From Kiloniellales bacterium (GTDB taxonomy: Bacteria; Pseudomonadota; Alphaproteobacteria; Kiloniellales; JAKSDN01): 64,000 nucleotides of DNA. Location: contig JASJEC010000024.1 in the NCBI GenBank assembly GCA_030064845.1, positions 1,102-65,101 on the forward strand, written 5' to 3'. How positions within the stretch are numbered: position 1 is the stretch's first letter; each line of letters starts with the position of its first letter. The notes below the pieces were generated by a model, which searched no databases, was not told the origin of the DNA, and saw only the letters and a list, made by a program, of their open reading frames with translations. Below, piece after piece: positions 43,655 to 55,054 of the stretch. The position numbers were made by a program, and so were the translations under genes.

Positions 43655-44854
43655 ATGGGCGCGGAACTGGATGCCAAGACGTGTCTGCCGGAAGACGGTG
43701 CGGCGGGCACCTTGCTCGGTCGCGTCTGGCGGCCGGGCGATCCGGGCGGACCCAGCGTCGTCGTCCTTGAGGGCCAATCGCTTGTCGACGTCACGGGGGC
43801 TTTCCCCACCGTTACCCACCTGATCAACGCCGAGGATCCGGCGGCCGCCGCCCGCGGCGCGGCGAGCGGGGGCGAGGTGCTGGTGGACGGGATCGATGAA
43901 ATCGTCGCGAACAGCCACTTCGCCCGGCACGACCGGGCCCGACCTTCGCTCCTGGCGCCGACCGACCTCCAGGCTCTCAAGGCCTGCGGCGTCACCTTCG
44001 TGCGCTCGCTCCTGGAGCGGGTCATCGAGGAGCAGATCAAGGGCGACCCGGCCGGTGCCGAGGCGGCCCGTGCGCGAATCGTTGCCGAGATCGGCACGGA
44101 CCTGTCCGAGGTTAAACCAGGCTCGGAAGCGGCCGATCGCCTCAAGGCGGCGCTGATCGAGCGCGGCCTCTGGTCTCAGTACCTCGAGGTCGGCATCGGG
44201 CCCGACGCCGAGATCTTCACCAAGGCCCAGCCGCTCTCCGCCGTAGGCACCGGCGCCCGGATCGGCCTGCATCCCCGCTCGTCCTGGAACAACCCGGAGC
44301 CGGAGCTGGTCACGGTGATCAACGCCCGCGGCGAGACCGTGGGCGCGACCCTGGGCAACGACGTCAACCTGCGCGACTTCGAGGGGCGCAGCGCCCTCCT
44401 GCTCGGGCGCTCGAAGGACAACAACGGCTCCTGCGCCCTCGGCCCCTTCATCCGGCTGTTCGACGAGACCTTCACCCTGGACGACGCCCGGCGCGCCGAG
44501 GTCCACCTGCGGGTCGCGGGCGCCGACGGCTTCGCCCTCGAGGGCGTCAACTCGATCGCCGAGATCAGCCGCGACCTGCTCGATCTGGCCAGACAGGCGA
44601 TCGGCCCGGAGCACCAGTATCCCGACGGCCTGGCGCTCTTCACCGGCACCATGTTCGTGCCGGTGCAGGACCGCGACGCGCCCGGCGAGGGCTTCACCCA
44701 CAAGCAGGGCGACGTCGTCACCATCTCCAGTCCCAAGCTCGGCGCCCTGGTCAACACCGTCGGGCTGAGCGGCGAGATCCCGCCGTGGGAGATGGGCATC
44801 GCCGCCTTCATGGCTAACCTGGCCGCGCGCGGCCTCCTGGGAGCTCCATCATGA
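43655..44854 (+). CDS. long-form FAH-family protein (399 aa)
   Basis: C-terminal FAH core (WNNPEPELVTVINARGETVGATLGNDVNLRDFEGRSALLLGRSKDNN...LFTGT). Substrate unknown. Confidence 0.75.
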   Translation: MGAELDAKTCLPEDGAAGTLLGRVWRPGDPGGPSVVVLEGQSLVDVTGAFPTVTHLINAEDPAAAARGAASGGEVLVDGIDEIVANSHFARHDRARPSLLAPTDLQALKACGVTFVRSLLERVIEEQIKGDPAGAEAARARIVAEIGTDLSEVKPGSEAADRLKAALIERGLWSQYLEVGIGPDAEIFTKAQPLSAVGTGARIGLHPRSSWNNPEPELVTVINARGETVGATLGNDVNLRDFEGRSALLLGRSKDNNGSCALGPFIRLFDETFTLDDARRAEVHLRVAGADGFALEGVNSIAEISRDLLDLARQAIGPEHQYPDGLALFTGTMFVPVQDRDAPGEGFTHKQGDVVTISSPKLGALVNTVGLSGEIPPWEMGIAAFMANLAARGLLGAPS

Positions 44855-45834
44855 AAGTGGTCATCACCGGCGGCTGCGGATTCATCGGCCTGCGCCTGGC
44901 CCAGAAACTGCTGGAAAGAGGCGAACTCACCACACCCTCGGGAAGAAGCGCGGCGATCGATTCTCTCCTGCTGTTCGACATGCAGGCCCCCGAGGCCCTG
45001 CCTGCGGGGCTCGACGATTCAAGGGTCGCCGTTGCCCTGGGCGAAATCTCGAACCGGGACGAGGTCAAGGCCCTGGTCGACCGCGACGAGGTCTCGGTCT
45101 TCCACCTCGCCTCCGTCGTCTCGGGCGGCGGCGAGAAGGACTTCGATCTGGCGCTCCGGGTCAACCTCGACGGCGGCCTCAACGTCATGGAGGCCTGCCG
45201 GGCGCGCGCCGGCCTGCCGCGCCTGGTCTTCGCCTCCTCGATCGCCGTCTTCGGCGGCTCGGCCATGCCAAAGGCCGTTGGCGACACGGTCAAGCAGACG
45301 CCGCAGACGACCTACGGCGCGACCAAGGCGATCTGCGAGCTGCTGGTCAACGACTATACCCGCAAGGGCTTCTTAGACGGCCGCTCGGCACGCCTGCCGA
45401 CCGTGATCGTCCGGCCCGGCAAGCCCAACGCCGCCGCCTCCAGCTTCGTCAGCGGCCTGTTCCGCGAGCCCTTGAACGGCGTCGACTGCGCCCTGCCGGT
45501 CAAGCCGGAAACCGTCATGCCGGTGCTCGGCTACCGCTCAATCGTCGAGGGCCTGATCGCGCTGCACGAGGCGGACGGCGCCGCGCTCGGCGACGACCGG
45601 GCGGTCGAGCTGCCGAGCCATACTGTGACCGTGGCCGAGATGATCGAGGCGCTCCAGCGGGTCGCCGGCGACCGGCCGCTGGGCAAGATCACCGTCGAGC
45701 CCGACCCCTTCATAGAGGCGATCGTCGCAACCTGGCCGCTCGACGCCAGCTACGAACGCGCCACCGCGCTCGGTTTGCCGAAAGAAGACAGCCTGGACGA
45801 GATCGTCCAGGCCTACATCGAGGATTACCTGTGA
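44851..45834 (+). CDS. NAD-dependent epimerase/dehydratase-family oxidoreductase (possibly D-erythronate-dehydrogenase-like)
   Basis: MKVVITGGCGFIGLRLA, YGATKAICE. ATGA overlap with the preceding gene. The specific assignment comes from memory of the DenD family and is weak. Confidence 0.75.
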   Translation: MKVVITGGCGFIGLRLAQKLLERGELTTPSGRSAAIDSLLLFDMQAPEALPAGLDDSRVAVALGEISNRDEVKALVDRDEVSVFHLASVVSGGGEKDFDLALRVNLDGGLNVMEACRARAGLPRLVFASSIAVFGGSAMPKAVGDTVKQTPQTTYGATKAICELLVNDYTRKGFLDGRSARLPTVIVRPGKPNAAASSFVSGLFREPLNGVDCALPVKPETVMPVLGYRSIVEGLIALHEADGAALGDDRAVELPSHTVTVAEMIEALQRVAGDRPLGKITVEPDPFIEAIVATWPLDASYERATALGLPKEDSLDEIVQAYIEDYL

Positions 45835-46478
45835 AAGGCAAAGGCAGAAGCATGGATCTCCGCCCTTTCGCCTCGGCGTGTCGCGCCGCGTTTCGGGGCG
45901 GACGCCGGCTCGCCGCGGTGGGCCTCATCCTCGCGGCCACGGCCTGCACGCACTACTACACCCCGAGCGAGACCGCAGTCTGGTCGAAAGATAGCCGACT
46001 GCCGGCGACAACCCAGCCGGTGAAGGTCACCATCAGTAACGTTCAGGTCGTCGGTCACGAAGTCCTGATCGATGCCTGGGGGGAACAGAGATGGCTGATG
46101 GACCTGCATGACTGGACCGACTCCGCCGTAGCCCTCCTGCGCCTAGGCCTGGAAGCCAAGAACTACCGCGTCGGGGACCCCGCCGAGAAGTCCCTGAAGG
46201 TGAGCGTGGAGGCCGCCTACATGGGCGGGGGCACGTTCAACCCCTTCGTCGAAGTCGTGGTGGCGGTCTCCACCGGCGACGCGAAGCTCGCCGTCTTCAA
46301 GGGCCGGAGACCGCAGACCTTTCTCGTGGACGAGGTCTTCAACGAAGCGCTCGAAGTCGCCATAGGCAAGGTCTTGGACAGCGACCTCGTGATCGACTAC
46401 CTGACCCGTCCGAGCGGGCAGGAAGTGAAACGCATCCGAAGCTCAAACCCCAACGAAGGCGGCAAGCCCGCCGCGTAG
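45831..46478 (+). CDS. hypothetical lipoprotein
   Basis: GTG 45831 overlaps the upstream stop (alternative ATG 45852). RRLAAVGLILAATAC is lipobox-like. The rest is unrecognised. Confidence 0.55.
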   Translation: MKGKGRSMDLRPFASACRAAFRGGRRLAAVGLILAATACTHYYTPSETAVWSKDSRLPATTQPVKVTISNVQVVGHEVLIDAWGEQRWLMDLHDWTDSAVALLRLGLEAKNYRVGDPAEKSLKVSVEAAYMGGGTFNPFVEVVVAVSTGDAKLAVFKGRRPQTFLVDEVFNEALEVAIGKVLDSDLVIDYLTRPSGQEVKRIRSSNPNEGGKPAA

Positions 46479-46592
46479 CGCCCGACCGTCTCTGCGACAA
46501 GATCCACGAGAATCTCGCCTGTGCGGATTTTCTGTCTTGACGCCCGCGCTCGCTCTAAGATCGGCGATAAAACAGGGAGGAAAGCCAAGACG

Positions 46593-48326
<1,734 letters not shown>

Positions 48327-48397
48327 CGCTAGCCGCGCTATGATCCGGTCGGCTTCTGAGCGGTAAGTCGTAACTCCGGCGGGCGGCAGGACAACTC

Positions 48398-49036
48398 ATG
48401 CGCGACAGATTCGATCGCCTTTTCTGGCCGCTCTTCGGGTTCCTGCTCTATACCGGCGGGCTCTTCTTCGTGTTCGCCGCCCACAGGGCTATCTCTCAGC
48501 CGCTTCGCGGGTTCTTTCTTCTGCTCCTCTTGATCTTTCTGGCCGGCCTGCTGGCCGCCTCCTTCGCTCATGGCCTCGCCGTCATCCAGTCGAGATGGCC
48601 CCGCTTCGATCTCTCCCCGAACAAGAGCTTCCTGGCCTGCTGCATCGTCCTGACTTTTTTCTCATACTTCCTCCATCTCTTTCCCAAGACCACCGACCTC
48701 GTGTTATCGGAAGACGAACTAGGGATCACGAGCGAGAAAGGTGGAATCACCACTCTCCCCCCGACAACACGCCCCGACGGCCATGTTTCCCTGGAACGTT
48801 TGATGTTGTGGCCGAAGAACTTTGCCCGTTGGGAGAAAAAGCGCGAGGCCCGTAACCGCTATCTGGATTGGAGTTTCTACGTCGCCGCCGTCTCGTGGCT
48901 CGGCCTGCTCTTGATGACCTTTGCCGCGCCGGCGACACGGGCCCGTCCCGATGCGCGCACGGTTGCCTTGCATCCCATCGTCCTGGTCGGGCTGGGAGCG
49001 GTATTTGTGGCATCGCTCGTCCAGGCGATCAGCTAG
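48398..49036 (+). CDS. hypothetical multi-TM membrane protein
   Basis: 212 aa with 4-5 hydrophobic segments. Noticeably lower GC and atypical codons compared with neighbours. No family recognised. Confidence 0.5.
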   Translation: MRDRFDRLFWPLFGFLLYTGGLFFVFAAHRAISQPLRGFFLLLLLIFLAGLLAASFAHGLAVIQSRWPRFDLSPNKSFLACCIVLTFFSYFLHLFPKTTDLVLSEDELGITSEKGGITTLPPTTRPDGHVSLERLMLWPKNFARWEKKREARNRYLDWSFYVAAVSWLGLLLMTFAAPATRARPDARTVALHPIVLVGLGAVFVASLVQAIS

Positions 49037-49071
49037 AAGCAACAGGGGAGGTTTGCGACTTGGGTGTCAGG

Positions 49072-49800
49072 ATGAAGGGAAAAAAAGCCCTGGTAACCGC
49101 CGCAGCCCAGGGCATCGGCAGGGCGACGGCCCTGGCCCTCGCGGACGAAGGCGCCGGGGTCCTGGCGACCGACGTCGACGCGGCCGCGCTGGAGAGACTA
49201 GCCGGCACCACGGGAATCGAGACGAAACGCCTCGACGTCACAGACCAGGCCGCCGTCGCCAAGCTCGCCGAGGAGGTCGGCGCGGTCGACGCCCTGCTCA
49301 ACATCGCCGGCTTCGTCCATCACGGCTCGATCCTCGACTGCGCGGAAGAAGACTGGGACTTCTCCTTCGACCTCAACGTCAAGTCCATGTACCGCACGAT
49401 CCGCGCCTTCCTGCCGGCCATGCTCGAGGCCGGCGGCGGTTCGATCGTCAACATGGCCTCGGTCGCCTCCTCCATCCGCGGCCTGCCCAACCGCTTCGTC
49501 TATGGCGCAAGCAAGGCCGCCGTGATCGGCCTGACCAAGTCGGTCGCAGCCGATTTCATCCGGCAAGGTATCCGCTGCAACGCGATCTGTCCGGGCACGG
49601 TGGAATCGCCCTCACTGGAGGGCCGGATCGCCGCCTTCGACGATCCCGTGGCGGCGCGCAAGGCCTTCATCGAACGACAGCCCATCGGGCGCCTCGGCAA
49701 GCCCGAAGAGATCGCCAGCCTGGCCGTCCACCTCGCGGGCGAGGAATCGAGCTACACCACAGGCGCGGTCTTTACCGCGGACGGCGGCGTCACGCTCTGA
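49072..49800 (+). CDS. SDR (2-keto-3-deoxy-sugar-acid 4-dehydrogenase / BDH2-like)
   Basis: Trimmed to ATG 49072. VTAAAQGIGRA, NIAG, YGASKAAV. Confidence 0.85.
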   Translation: MKGKKALVTAAAQGIGRATALALADEGAGVLATDVDAAALERLAGTTGIETKRLDVTDQAAVAKLAEEVGAVDALLNIAGFVHHGSILDCAEEDWDFSFDLNVKSMYRTIRAFLPAMLEAGGGSIVNMASVASSIRGLPNRFVYGASKAAVIGLTKSVAADFIRQGIRCNAICPGTVESPSLEGRIAAFDDPVAARKAFIERQPIGRLGKPEEIASLAVHLAGEESSYTTGAVFTADGGVTL

Positions 49801-49856
49801 ACAGGATCGCCTTCGACGCGAGTTCGCGCGCGCAGCGCGAGAGAGAGGAGGAAGCT

Positions 49857-50966
49857 TTGTCTTCTGTACATACCTTCGCCATCGCCGTGCTGCCGGGCGA
49901 CGGCATCGGACCCGAGGTGATGACCGCCTGTCTCGGACTGCTGGAGCGGCTGACCGCCGAGGAGACCGGCTTCGCGCTGGAGTTCGAGACTCTCGAGGCC
50001 GGCGCCGAGTGCTATCGGCGCAGCGGGGAAGCTCTGCCCACGCGCACCCTGGAACGGGCCGCCGGCGCCGACGCCATCCTGCTGGGCGCCATGGGGCTGC
50101 CGGAAATCCGCTATCCCGACGGGCGGGAGATCGCGCCGCAGCTCGACCTGCGCGAAAAGTTCCAGCTCTATGCCGGGATCCGTCCCGTGCGGATCTTTCC
50201 CGGTCTGCCCAGTCCCCTCGCCCACCCCCGCGCCGCCGAGACCGACTTCGTGCTGATCCGCGAGTCGACCGAGGGGCTCTTCGCCGGCCGCGCCAGCGGC
50301 ACGGTGGAAGACGACCGGGTCGCCCGCAATACGCTAGAAATCACCCGACCCGCCTGCGAACGCCTGTTCGACTTCGCCTTCGCGCTGGCGCGCCAACGCA
50401 AGGCGGCGGGACACCCGGGGCGCGTCACCTGCGTCGACAAGGCCAACGTGCTCCAGGCCTTCGCCTTCTTCCGCGAGATCTTCGACGAGCGCGCGGCACG
50501 CTTCCCCGACGTCACGGCCGACCACCGCTACGTCGACGCCATGGCGCTCGACATGGTGCGCCAGCCCTGGGCCTATGACGTGCTGGTCACCGAGAATATG
50601 TTCGGCGACATCCTGTCCGACCTCGGCGCGGGCCTGATGAGCGGCATGGGCATGGCGCCCTCGGCCGACATCGGCGACCGGCAGGCCGTCTTCCAGCCCT
50701 GCCACGGCAGCGCGCCGGATATCGCCGGCAGCGGCAAGGCAAACCCCACGGCCATGATCCTCTCGGCCGCCATGATGCTCGAGTGGCTCGGCGAGCGCCG
50801 GTCGCTCCCCGCCTGCAACGCGGCCGGACGTCGCCTGCGTGACGCCGTCGACCGGGCCTACGCCGCCGGCGAGCTCCGGCCCTTCGAGCTCGGCGGCAGC
50901 CACGGCACCGCGGCGATCACCGATGCCGTCCTGGCCTGCCTGGAAAATCCGGCGGCGGCGGCATGA
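49857..50966 (+). CDS. isocitrate/isopropylmalate dehydrogenase-family oxidative decarboxylase (second paralogue)
   Basis: TTG 49857 preceded by AGGAGGAAGC. IAVLPGDGIGPEV, IRESTEGLF, NMFGDILSDLG, QPCHGSAPDIAGSGKANP. Confidence 0.85.
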   Translation: MSSVHTFAIAVLPGDGIGPEVMTACLGLLERLTAEETGFALEFETLEAGAECYRRSGEALPTRTLERAAGADAILLGAMGLPEIRYPDGREIAPQLDLREKFQLYAGIRPVRIFPGLPSPLAHPRAAETDFVLIRESTEGLFAGRASGTVEDDRVARNTLEITRPACERLFDFAFALARQRKAAGHPGRVTCVDKANVLQAFAFFREIFDERAARFPDVTADHRYVDAMALDMVRQPWAYDVLVTENMFGDILSDLGAGLMSGMGMAPSADIGDRQAVFQPCHGSAPDIAGSGKANPTAMILSAAMMLEWLGERRSLPACNAAGRRLRDAVDRAYAAGELRPFELGGSHGTAAITDAVLACLENPAAAA

Positions 50967-51994
50967 CCGCGCCCCTGCGGATTGCCGTCGCCGGCAGCGG
51001 GTACTTCAGCCAATTCCACTACGACGCCTGGCGGCGGCTTCCCGGAGCGGAGCTGGTCGCCTTGGCCAGCCGCGACGCCGGGAGCGCCCAGGAGCGCGCG
51101 GCGAGCTTCGCCGTGCCGGCGGTCTTCGAGGAGGTCGGCGCCATGCTGGAGGCCGCCGAGCCGGATCTCCTGGATATCGTGACGCCGCCGGAGACTCACC
51201 TAGCCCTCGTGCGGGAAGCGGCCCGGCGCGGCATCGCGGTGATCTGCCAGAAACCCCTGGCGCCGACCCTCGAGGAAGCGGTCGCGGTGGTCGAGACGGC
51301 GGAACAGGCGGGCATCCTCCTGGTGGTTCACGAGAACTTTCGCTTCCAGCCCTGGTTCGCCCATGCCCGCGCTCTGATCGGCGAAAGCCGGCTCGGCCAG
51401 CTCCACGGTATCGACTTCCGACTGCGCCCCGGCGACGGCCAGGGTCCCCGGGCCTATCTCGACCGGCAGCCCTACTTCCAGACCATGCCCCGCTTCCTGA
51501 TCCACGAGACCGGCATCCACTTCGTCGATACTTTTCGCAGCCTAATGGGCGCGGTCACCGCGGTCACCGCCCGGCTGCGCCGGGTCAACCCCGTGATCGC
51601 CGGCGAGGACGCGGGCACCGTAGTCTTCGAGTTCGAGTCCGGCGCCCTAGGAGTTTTCGACGGCAACCGGCTGAACGATCACGTCGCCGAGAACACGCGG
51701 CTCACCATGGGCGAGATGCACCTGGAAGGCTCGGCCGGCGTGCTGCGCCTCGACGGCCACGCCCGCCTCTGGTGGAAGGACCACGGCGGCGCCGAAGTCG
51801 CGGAGCCTTATGACCTGCCCGCCCAAGGCTTCGCAGGCGACTGCGTCTTCGCCCTGCAGCGACATGTCGTGGACCACCTGCTCCACGGCCGGCCCCTGGT
51901 CAACGACGGTCGGGCCTATTTGACCAACATGGAGATCGTCGAGGCGATCTACCGCTCCCACGAGACCGGCCGACGGATCGCGCTGGAAGAGTGA
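50963..51994 (+). CDS. Gfo/Idh/MocA-family oxidoreductase
   Basis: LRIAVAGSGYFSQFH, ICQKPLAPTLEEA. ATGA overlap with the preceding gene. Confidence 0.85.
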   Translation: MTAPLRIAVAGSGYFSQFHYDAWRRLPGAELVALASRDAGSAQERAASFAVPAVFEEVGAMLEAAEPDLLDIVTPPETHLALVREAARRGIAVICQKPLAPTLEEAVAVVETAEQAGILLVVHENFRFQPWFAHARALIGESRLGQLHGIDFRLRPGDGQGPRAYLDRQPYFQTMPRFLIHETGIHFVDTFRSLMGAVTAVTARLRRVNPVIAGEDAGTVVFEFESGALGVFDGNRLNDHVAENTRLTMGEMHLEGSAGVLRLDGHARLWWKDHGGAEVAEPYDLPAQGFAGDCVFALQRHVVDHLLHGRPLVNDGRAYLTNMEIVEAIYRSHETGRRIALEE

Positions 51995-52875
51995 GTGTCC
52001 CGATGGGCGGTGCCAAGACACCTGCGCTCTATCGCTGCCGAGGCTACCCTTCGCCGGCAGACTTCTTGCGCGAGACCCGGATGCACTTCGCGGGGCGGGA
52101 AGCCGAGAACACGGTCCTTCTCGGCGCGCTCCACGCCCTGGACAGGGAGCGGCGGTCGTCGGCGCAGATGCTGGCCGTCGAGCGCGCCGGTGAGATATGC
52201 CTCGCCGCCGTACAAACGCCGCCTTTCAAGCTCGTTCTCTCTCACGGAGACCCCGCTGCGCTTCCCTGCCTCGCCGGGTGGCTGGCCGAAAGCGCAGTTG
52301 TCCTGCCGGGCGTGAGCGGCCCGGCCGGCCTGCTCGAGGGGCTGGTCGCGGCACTCCGCGAACATATCGATATCGCGCCGGAACCGGAGTTCCAGCTCAA
52401 CCTCTATAGCCTGACCAGACTCATTCCGGACACCAGGATCCGTGGATCCCTCGTCGAGGCTTCGCAAGACGACCTGGCGCTCCTGCTGGACTGGCAGGAC
52501 GGCTTCTTCGAAGAGACCGGTTTGCCTCATGATGAACTTGAGGAGGCCCGCGCCTACCTGGGGCAGCGCCTGACCGAAGGCGAGATTCATCTCTGGAGCC
52601 TCGATGGCCGAGCCGTTTCCGTCGCGGGCGTCAATCCCGGCGGGGCGACGCCGACCTTTCCACGGATCAACTTCGTCTACACGCCGCCCGACGTGCGCAA
52701 CCAGGGCTACGCCACGGCCTGCGTGACCCGCTTGAGCCGGACCCTGCTCGAGCGCGGCTCTACCTGCTGCCTGATCTTCGCCGACGAGGACAACCCGCTC
52801 ACCAACCATCTCTATCGCAAGATCGGCTACGAGCGCTCCGGGCGCTTCCACACGGTCAGCTTCACCGGACCCTGA
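51991..52875 (+). CDS. GNAT-family N-acetyltransferase
   Basis: C-terminal acetyl-CoA motif VYTPPDVRNQGYATACVTRLSR...NPLTNHLYRKIGY. Start GTG 51991 (alternative ATG 52003). Confidence 0.75.
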   Translation: MSVPMGGAKTPALYRCRGYPSPADFLRETRMHFAGREAENTVLLGALHALDRERRSSAQMLAVERAGEICLAAVQTPPFKLVLSHGDPAALPCLAGWLAESAVVLPGVSGPAGLLEGLVAALREHIDIAPEPEFQLNLYSLTRLIPDTRIRGSLVEASQDDLALLLDWQDGFFEETGLPHDELEEARAYLGQRLTEGEIHLWSLDGRAVSVAGVNPGGATPTFPRINFVYTPPDVRNQGYATACVTRLSRTLLERGSTCCLIFADEDNPLTNHLYRKIGYERSGRFHTVSFTGP

Positions 52876-52887
52876 GGCGGCAAGGCC

Positions 52888-53268
52888 TCAGTTCGGCAAG
52901 ACTTCGATGATGTTGCGGTACTGACCGAGCATGGGGATCCGCCAACCGGCGACCACGACCCGGTAGCTGTTGCCGGCCTTGAGCGAGTGAAAACGTTCCG
53001 CGCTCTCGAACTTCATGAAGACGTAGGAAGTGCTGACCTCGAAGACCTCGTCCCGGGTATAGATCAGGAACCTGTCCCGCCGGTCGTGACGGCTCGTTCC
53101 GACGTTGACGTAGGTCCCGCTGCGTCCCACACGGCCGCTCTTGTCCTCGACAACGAGGTCGATTTGCTCGGCGCTGATGAAATAGGCCGCCGTCGCCGGC
53201 AGCGCCAGCAGCGCCACGACGATCAATGACTTACTGTTGAGCCGAACCCGGGTCATGGAAAGAACCAC
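52888..53268 (-). CDS. membrane-anchored hypothetical protein (DUF1523-like C-terminus)
   Basis: N-terminal TM segment LIVVALLALPATAAYFI. The C-terminal YRVVVAGWRIPMLGQYRNII recalls the YGWR...F..FPN motif of DUF1523. Start uncertain (GTG 53268 or ATG 53256). Confidence 0.55.
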   Translation of the reverse strand: MVLSMTRVRLNSKSLIVVALLALPATAAYFISAEQIDLVVEDKSGRVGRSGTYVNVGTSRHDRRDRFLIYTRDEVFEVSTSYVFMKFESAERFHSLKAGNSYRVVVAGWRIPMLGQYRNIIEVLPN

Positions 53269-53411
53269 GTCTCAAAACGGAAGGGTGTTAATGATTCATT
53301 ATGACGTCAGGATGTTAAAACCTTATAAAAATCAGTGTTTTTTACTGAATACTTAAACCCTTTTGCCATACCCGTTATATCTTGCTTCCGCAACCACCTG
53401 CCGGGTGCCCC

Positions 53412-54242
53412 ATGTCACAAGCCAGCTACATTCCCTCGGTCGGCCGCGCCCACCAGAGCCGCAGCGACGACGTCGACTACCAGATCCACGGCGAGGACAT
53501 TCAGTTCGTCGAGATCGAGCTCGACCCGGGCGAGAGCGCCGTCGCCGAGGCCGGCGCCATGATGTTCAAGGATGCCGACATCGGCATGACGACGATCTTC
53601 GGCGACGGCTCGGCCCAGGAGGGCGGCTTCTTCGACAAGCTGGTCGGCGCCGGCAAGAGAGTCATCACCGGGGAGAGCCTGTTCACCACGGTCTTCACCC
53701 ACGAGGGCCTCGGCAAGGCCCGCGTCGCCTTCGCCGCGCCCTTCCCTGGCCGCATCCTGGCGCTCAAGCTGAGCGATTTCGGCGGCCGGCTGATCTGCCA
53801 GAAGGACAGCTTCCTGGCAGCCGCCAAGGGCGTCTCCATCGGCATTCACTTCCAGCGGAAGATCCTGACAGGCCTGTTCGGCGGCGAGGGCTTCATCATG
53901 CAGAAGCTGGAAGGCGACGGCTGGGTCTTCGTGCACATGGGCGGCGTCCTGGTCGCGAGGGACCTGGCGCCCGGCGAGGTGCTCCACGTCGATACCGGCT
54001 GCCTCGCGGCGCTGACCGACAGCGTCGACTACGACATCGTCCAGGCCGGCGGCATCAAGACCATGCTGTTCGGCGGCGAGGGCGCCTTCTTCGCACGCCT
54101 CACGGGTCCGGGTCGGGTCTGGCTGCAGAGCCTGCCGTTTTCCCGCCTGGCCGGCCGCATGCTGGCCGCGGCGCCGCAGAACGGCGGCAACCGACAGGGC
54201 GAGGGATCGATCCTGGGCGGCCTGGGCGACCTGATCGACTGA
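53412..54242 (+). CDS. AIM24 / TIGR00266-family protein
   Basis: Trimmed to ATG 53412. VEIELDPGESAVAEAGAMM, GESLFTTVF, FGGEGFIMQKLEGDGWVFV, GEGAFFARLTGPGRVWLQS. Confidence 0.85.
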   Translation: MSQASYIPSVGRAHQSRSDDVDYQIHGEDIQFVEIELDPGESAVAEAGAMMFKDADIGMTTIFGDGSAQEGGFFDKLVGAGKRVITGESLFTTVFTHEGLGKARVAFAAPFPGRILALKLSDFGGRLICQKDSFLAAAKGVSIGIHFQRKILTGLFGGEGFIMQKLEGDGWVFVHMGGVLVARDLAPGEVLHVDTGCLAALTDSVDYDIVQAGGIKTMLFGGEGAFFARLTGPGRVWLQSLPFSRLAGRMLAAAPQNGGNRQGEGSILGGLGDLID

Positions 54243-54252
54243 GGAGGGCGCC

Positions 54253-55047
54253 CTACCCCGCCATCCAGCCGCCGTCGACCAGCAGGTTCTCGCCGGTGAC
54301 GTAGCTGGCTTCCTCGCTGGCCAGGAAGAGCGCTGCCCCGGCCACGTCTTCCGGCCGCCCGAGCCGCGGCCAGGGCGTCCGCGCCCTGGCGTATTCGAGG
54401 GTCTCCGGCTCGACGGCCGCTCCGCCCTTGCCGGTCAGGATCTTTCCTGGCGCCACGGCGTTGCAGACGATGCCCGCCTCGGCATAGTCCGCCGCGATCT
54501 GGCGGGTCATGTAGGCGACGCCCGCCTTGCTGACCCCGTAGGCAATATCGCCGGGACAGCAGATCATGCCGTGCTGCGAGGAGACGTTGACGAGGCGCCC
54601 CCGCACCCGGTCGCCGAGATCGCTCCGGTGGGGCGGCTGATCGAGCATCTGCTGTGCCGCCCGCTTGCAGCCGTTGAAGACGCCCTTGAGGTTGACCGCC
54701 AACACGCGGTCCCAGTCGGCCTCGGAGGTCTCGGTCAAGCGGCCGCCGGTCGAGATCGCCGCGTTGTTGACCATCACGTCGAGCCGGCCGAAGCGACGGA
54801 CGGTCTCCGAGACCAGGCGGTCGACGTCCTCCCACTTCGAGACATCCGCGCGGTGGAACACGCAGGCGCCGCCCGCCTCGTCGATCAGGCGGCGGGTCGG
54901 CGGCCCGCCCTCGCGCGGGGCCTCGGTCACGTCGGCGATGACCACGAGGGCGCCCTCCTCGGCGAAGCGCCGAGCGATCGCCCGGCCGATGCCGGACGCG
55001 GCGCCGGTGACGATGGCGCTTCTTCCCTGCAAGCGTCCCGGGCCCAT
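54253..55047 (-). CDS. SDR-family oxidoreductase
   Basis: VTGAASGIGRA, NNAA, YGVSKAGV. Confidence 0.88.
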   Translation of the reverse strand: MGPGRLQGRSAIVTGAASGIGRAIARRFAEEGALVVIADVTEAPREGGPPTRRLIDEAGGACVFHRADVSKWEDVDRLVSETVRRFGRLDVMVNNAAISTGGRLTETSEADWDRVLAVNLKGVFNGCKRAAQQMLDQPPHRSDLGDRVRGRLVNVSSQHGMICCPGDIAYGVSKAGVAYMTRQIAADYAEAGIVCNAVAPGKILTGKGGAAVEPETLEYARARTPWPRLGRPEDVAGAALFLASEEASYVTGENLLVDGGWMAG

Positions 55048-55054
55048 GGCCGGC

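Noticed and set aside
42592-44145. Long N-terminal extensions of track ORFs. Examples are 42592-44145, 1253-3103, 31313-33904, 2967-3746, 17635-19356, 20924-22606, 48921-50966 and 38276-40111.
   Set aside because: The extensions overlap neighbouring genes or intergenic DNA and translate to R/P/A-rich sequence. Internal starts with Shine-Dalgarno motifs give family-typical lengths.
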